From Alphaproteobacteria bacterium (GTDB lineage: Bacteria > Pseudomonadota > Alphaproteobacteria > MPNO01 > UBA830): a stretch of DNA of 48,211 nucleotides. Made by a program: the position numbers and the translations under genes. Below are positions 46,481 through 48,211 of the stretch, one piece after another (within the stretch, counting starts at the first letter, position 1; each line of letters starts with the position of its first letter). The stretch lies in assembly GCA_038133505.1 (NCBI GenBank), contig JAYPTI010000006.1:1-48211 (forward strand), given 5' to 3'. Under the pieces are notes generated by a model. The model saw only the letters and a list, made by a program, of their open reading frames with translations. It did not search any database and was not told where the DNA came from.

Positions 46481-47728
46481 GTGCCATCTACGGAAGACAT
46501 TCCTGCCGGATCGCCCTCTTTGACCGTCTCCGCCGAACCGCAATCCAAATCAGAGTCGCATTGGCCGCTGGTCATCTGCCTTGGCGTCATCGCCGGGCTG
46601 GCGCCTCTGTCGATCGACATGTACCTGCCGAGCTTTCCGTCGATCCGCGCGGAGTTCGGCGCGTCGGCGGCCCAGATCCAGCTCACCCTGTCGGGCTACA
46701 TGCTCGGTTTCACGCTCGGCCAGCTTTTCTACGGGCCGATTTCCGACCGGTTCGGAAGGCGGCCGGTCCTGCTGACGGGGATCGTCCTCTACGTCGTCAT
46801 GTCGGCGATGTGCGCGCTCTCGAGCGACGCCGAGATGCTGACCGTCTTCCGGTTCTTCCAGGCGATCGGCGGCGGAGCCGGCACCGTGCTTTCGCGCGCC
46901 ATCATTCGCGACCGCTACGCCGGACCCGTCATGGCGAAGGTGATGTCGCTGATGCTGACCATCATCCTGTTCGCGCCGATGATCGCGCCCGTGGTCGGCG
47001 GCTATCTGCTGGTCCTGCTGGGCTGGCGGTCGATCTTCTGGACGCTGACCGGCTGCGGCATCGTCGCGATTTGCGTGATCGTCTTCGCACTGAAGGAAAC
47101 GCTGCCGCCGGACCGGCGGAGCACCGGCGGCGTGAAGCCGCTTCTGCGCGGCTACTTGACCGTCATTCGTCACCCGGGCGCATTGGGATACATCCTGTCC
47201 GGGGGCATCACGTTCGGCGCGCTGTTCGCTTACCTGTCCGGCGCGCCCTTCGTGTTCATCGAGTTCTACGGCGTCGCGCCCGAGCACATGGGCTACATCT
47301 TCACGCTCAACGTGGTCGGCGTGATGATCGGCGGCTGGCTGAACAGCCGGCTCGTGGTGACCATGGGCGTCCGCGAGATGATGACCATCGGCACATGGCT
47401 GCTGTTCGCGGGCGCGTGCATCCTGTTCGGCGTGATCGCGCTCGATATCGGGGGAATGTGGGGCGCGATCGCCAGTATCGTCGTCTTTACCCTGCCGTTG
47501 AACACCATCAATGCGAACGCCGCGGCCGGAACGCTCGAATATTTCCCCGATCTCGCGGGCACGGCCTCCGCGGTGGTCGGCGCGTTCCGCTACGGCTGCG
47601 GCGCGGTTGCCGGCCTCGTCGTCGGCCTTCTGCACGACGGTACCGCCATGCCGATGGCGTGGGTCATTCTCGGCTGCTCCACGATCAGCGTGATCTTTCT
47701 GATGACGATGGTGCGCGGGCGCGCTTGA
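46481..47728 (+). CDS. Bcr/CflA family MFS efflux transporter
   Basis: PLSIDMYLPSFP, GQLFYGPISDRFGRRP, RAIIRD, AGTASA. Start uncertain. Confidence 0.92.
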   Translation: MPSTEDIPAGSPSLTVSAEPQSKSESHWPLVICLGVIAGLAPLSIDMYLPSFPSIRAEFGASAAQIQLTLSGYMLGFTLGQLFYGPISDRFGRRPVLLTGIVLYVVMSAMCALSSDAEMLTVFRFFQAIGGGAGTVLSRAIIRDRYAGPVMAKVMSLMLTIILFAPMIAPVVGGYLLVLLGWRSIFWTLTGCGIVAICVIVFALKETLPPDRRSTGGVKPLLRGYLTVIRHPGALGYILSGGITFGALFAYLSGAPFVFIEFYGVAPEHMGYIFTLNVVGVMIGGWLNSRLVVTMGVREMMTIGTWLLFAGACILFGVIALDIGGMWGAIASIVVFTLPLNTINANAAAGTLEYFPDLAGTASAVVGAFRYGCGAVAGLVVGLLHDGTAMPMAWVILGCSTISVIFLMTMVRGRA

Positions 47729-47737
47729 CCGGCGACG

Positions 47738-48211
47738 TTACTCGGCGGCGATCCTTGGCCAGACCTGTGGGCATTGGTCCGCGATCTCGGTGAGCGGCGC
47801 GCCGTCCTCAAGCGTGCGGTCGAAGATCAAGGGCGCTTCCGAGCGGTTCTTCCAGCGGATGTCGTCGCCCGCGAACCGCAGCGACAGCGCGCGGCGCGGC
47901 AGATCGGTCCGGCTGTTGCCGGACGACGCATGGAGCGTCAGCCCGTGAAAGACGACAACGTCGCCCGGATCGGTCTCGAACAGAACCGTCGGGTACTCGT
48001 CCGGGTTTCCGTCGATGTCCGGCACCGTGTCGATCAGCTCGTCGCGGTCGAAACCGGCGACCGGCGTGTTTTCGCCGATGCGCACCGGGCGGAACAGCTT
48101 GCCCCACTTGTGCGAGCCCTTGGCGAGCCTCAAGGCGCCCGTATCCGCCCGTGCGGGGTCCAGCGCGAACCAGAAACTCGCCAGATCGTACCCCTCGATC
48201 GAGAAATACGG
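47738..48211 (-). CDS. phytanoyl-CoA dioxygenase (PhyH) family, C-terminal part (partial)
   Basis: Frame is open to the window edge: FWFALD..DTGALRLAKGSH..PGDVVVFHGLTLHASSGN..RRALSLRF. Confidence 0.85.
   Translation of the reverse strand, partial: PYFSIEGYDLASFWFALDPARADTGALRLAKGSHKWGKLFRPVRIGENTPVAGFDRDELIDTVPDIDGNPDEYPTVLFETDPGDVVVFHGLTLHASSGNSRTDLPRRALSLRFAGDDIRWKNRSEAPLIFDRTLEDGAPLTEIADQCPQVWPRIAAE

Noticed and set aside
191-48133. Many long alternative-frame and antisense ORFs
   Set aside because: Expected in high-GC DNA with few stop codons; they are R/P/A/G-rich, motif-free and overlap well-supported genes.
1-48211. CRISPR array, tRNA/rRNA, integrase, transposase, prophage or defence genes
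   Set aside because: No spaced direct repeats, RNA-gene signatures or such protein motifs were recognised by eye; a covariance-model scan would be needed to exclude small RNAs.

Overview
High-GC alphaproteobacterial chromosome segment (Rhodospirillales-like by gene order and protein style; this is inference). 1-13.7 kb is conserved housekeeping synteny: yfgM-like, bamB-like and der on the + strand, and a minus-strand run cfa, dnaB, alr, mlaE, mlaF, radA, cvpA, purF, SDR. 14-20 kb holds envelope and miscellaneous genes: a frameshifted manC-type gene, TauE, an ADP-ribosylglycohydrolase, and an OprI/Lpp-like C-terminal-Lys lipoprotein facing an ErfK-type L,D-transpeptidase. 20-48 kb is a catabolic neighbourhood built around prenylated-FMN chemistry: one ubiX and three UbiD-family genes, plus a flavin monooxygenase, a Rieske oxygenase, FAH-fold enzymes, an amidase, an OYE, a NUDIX hydrolase, an AhpD-like protein, MarR and several transporters. 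Two of the three UbiDs keep the cofactor/metal-binding residues but have lost the canonical catalytic Glu motif, and they share a distinct DHQPL..HEA signature; this is the best candidate for an undescribed system. Other points: an SSB-like DVPF tail on DnaB, a probable CTG start for alr, a PEP-CTERM-like gene split by an in-frame TAG, and DnaA/CtrA boxes upstream of orphan genes. No rRNA, tRNA, CRISPR array, transposase or prophage gene was recognised. All family calls come from motif recognition by eye, not database searches.
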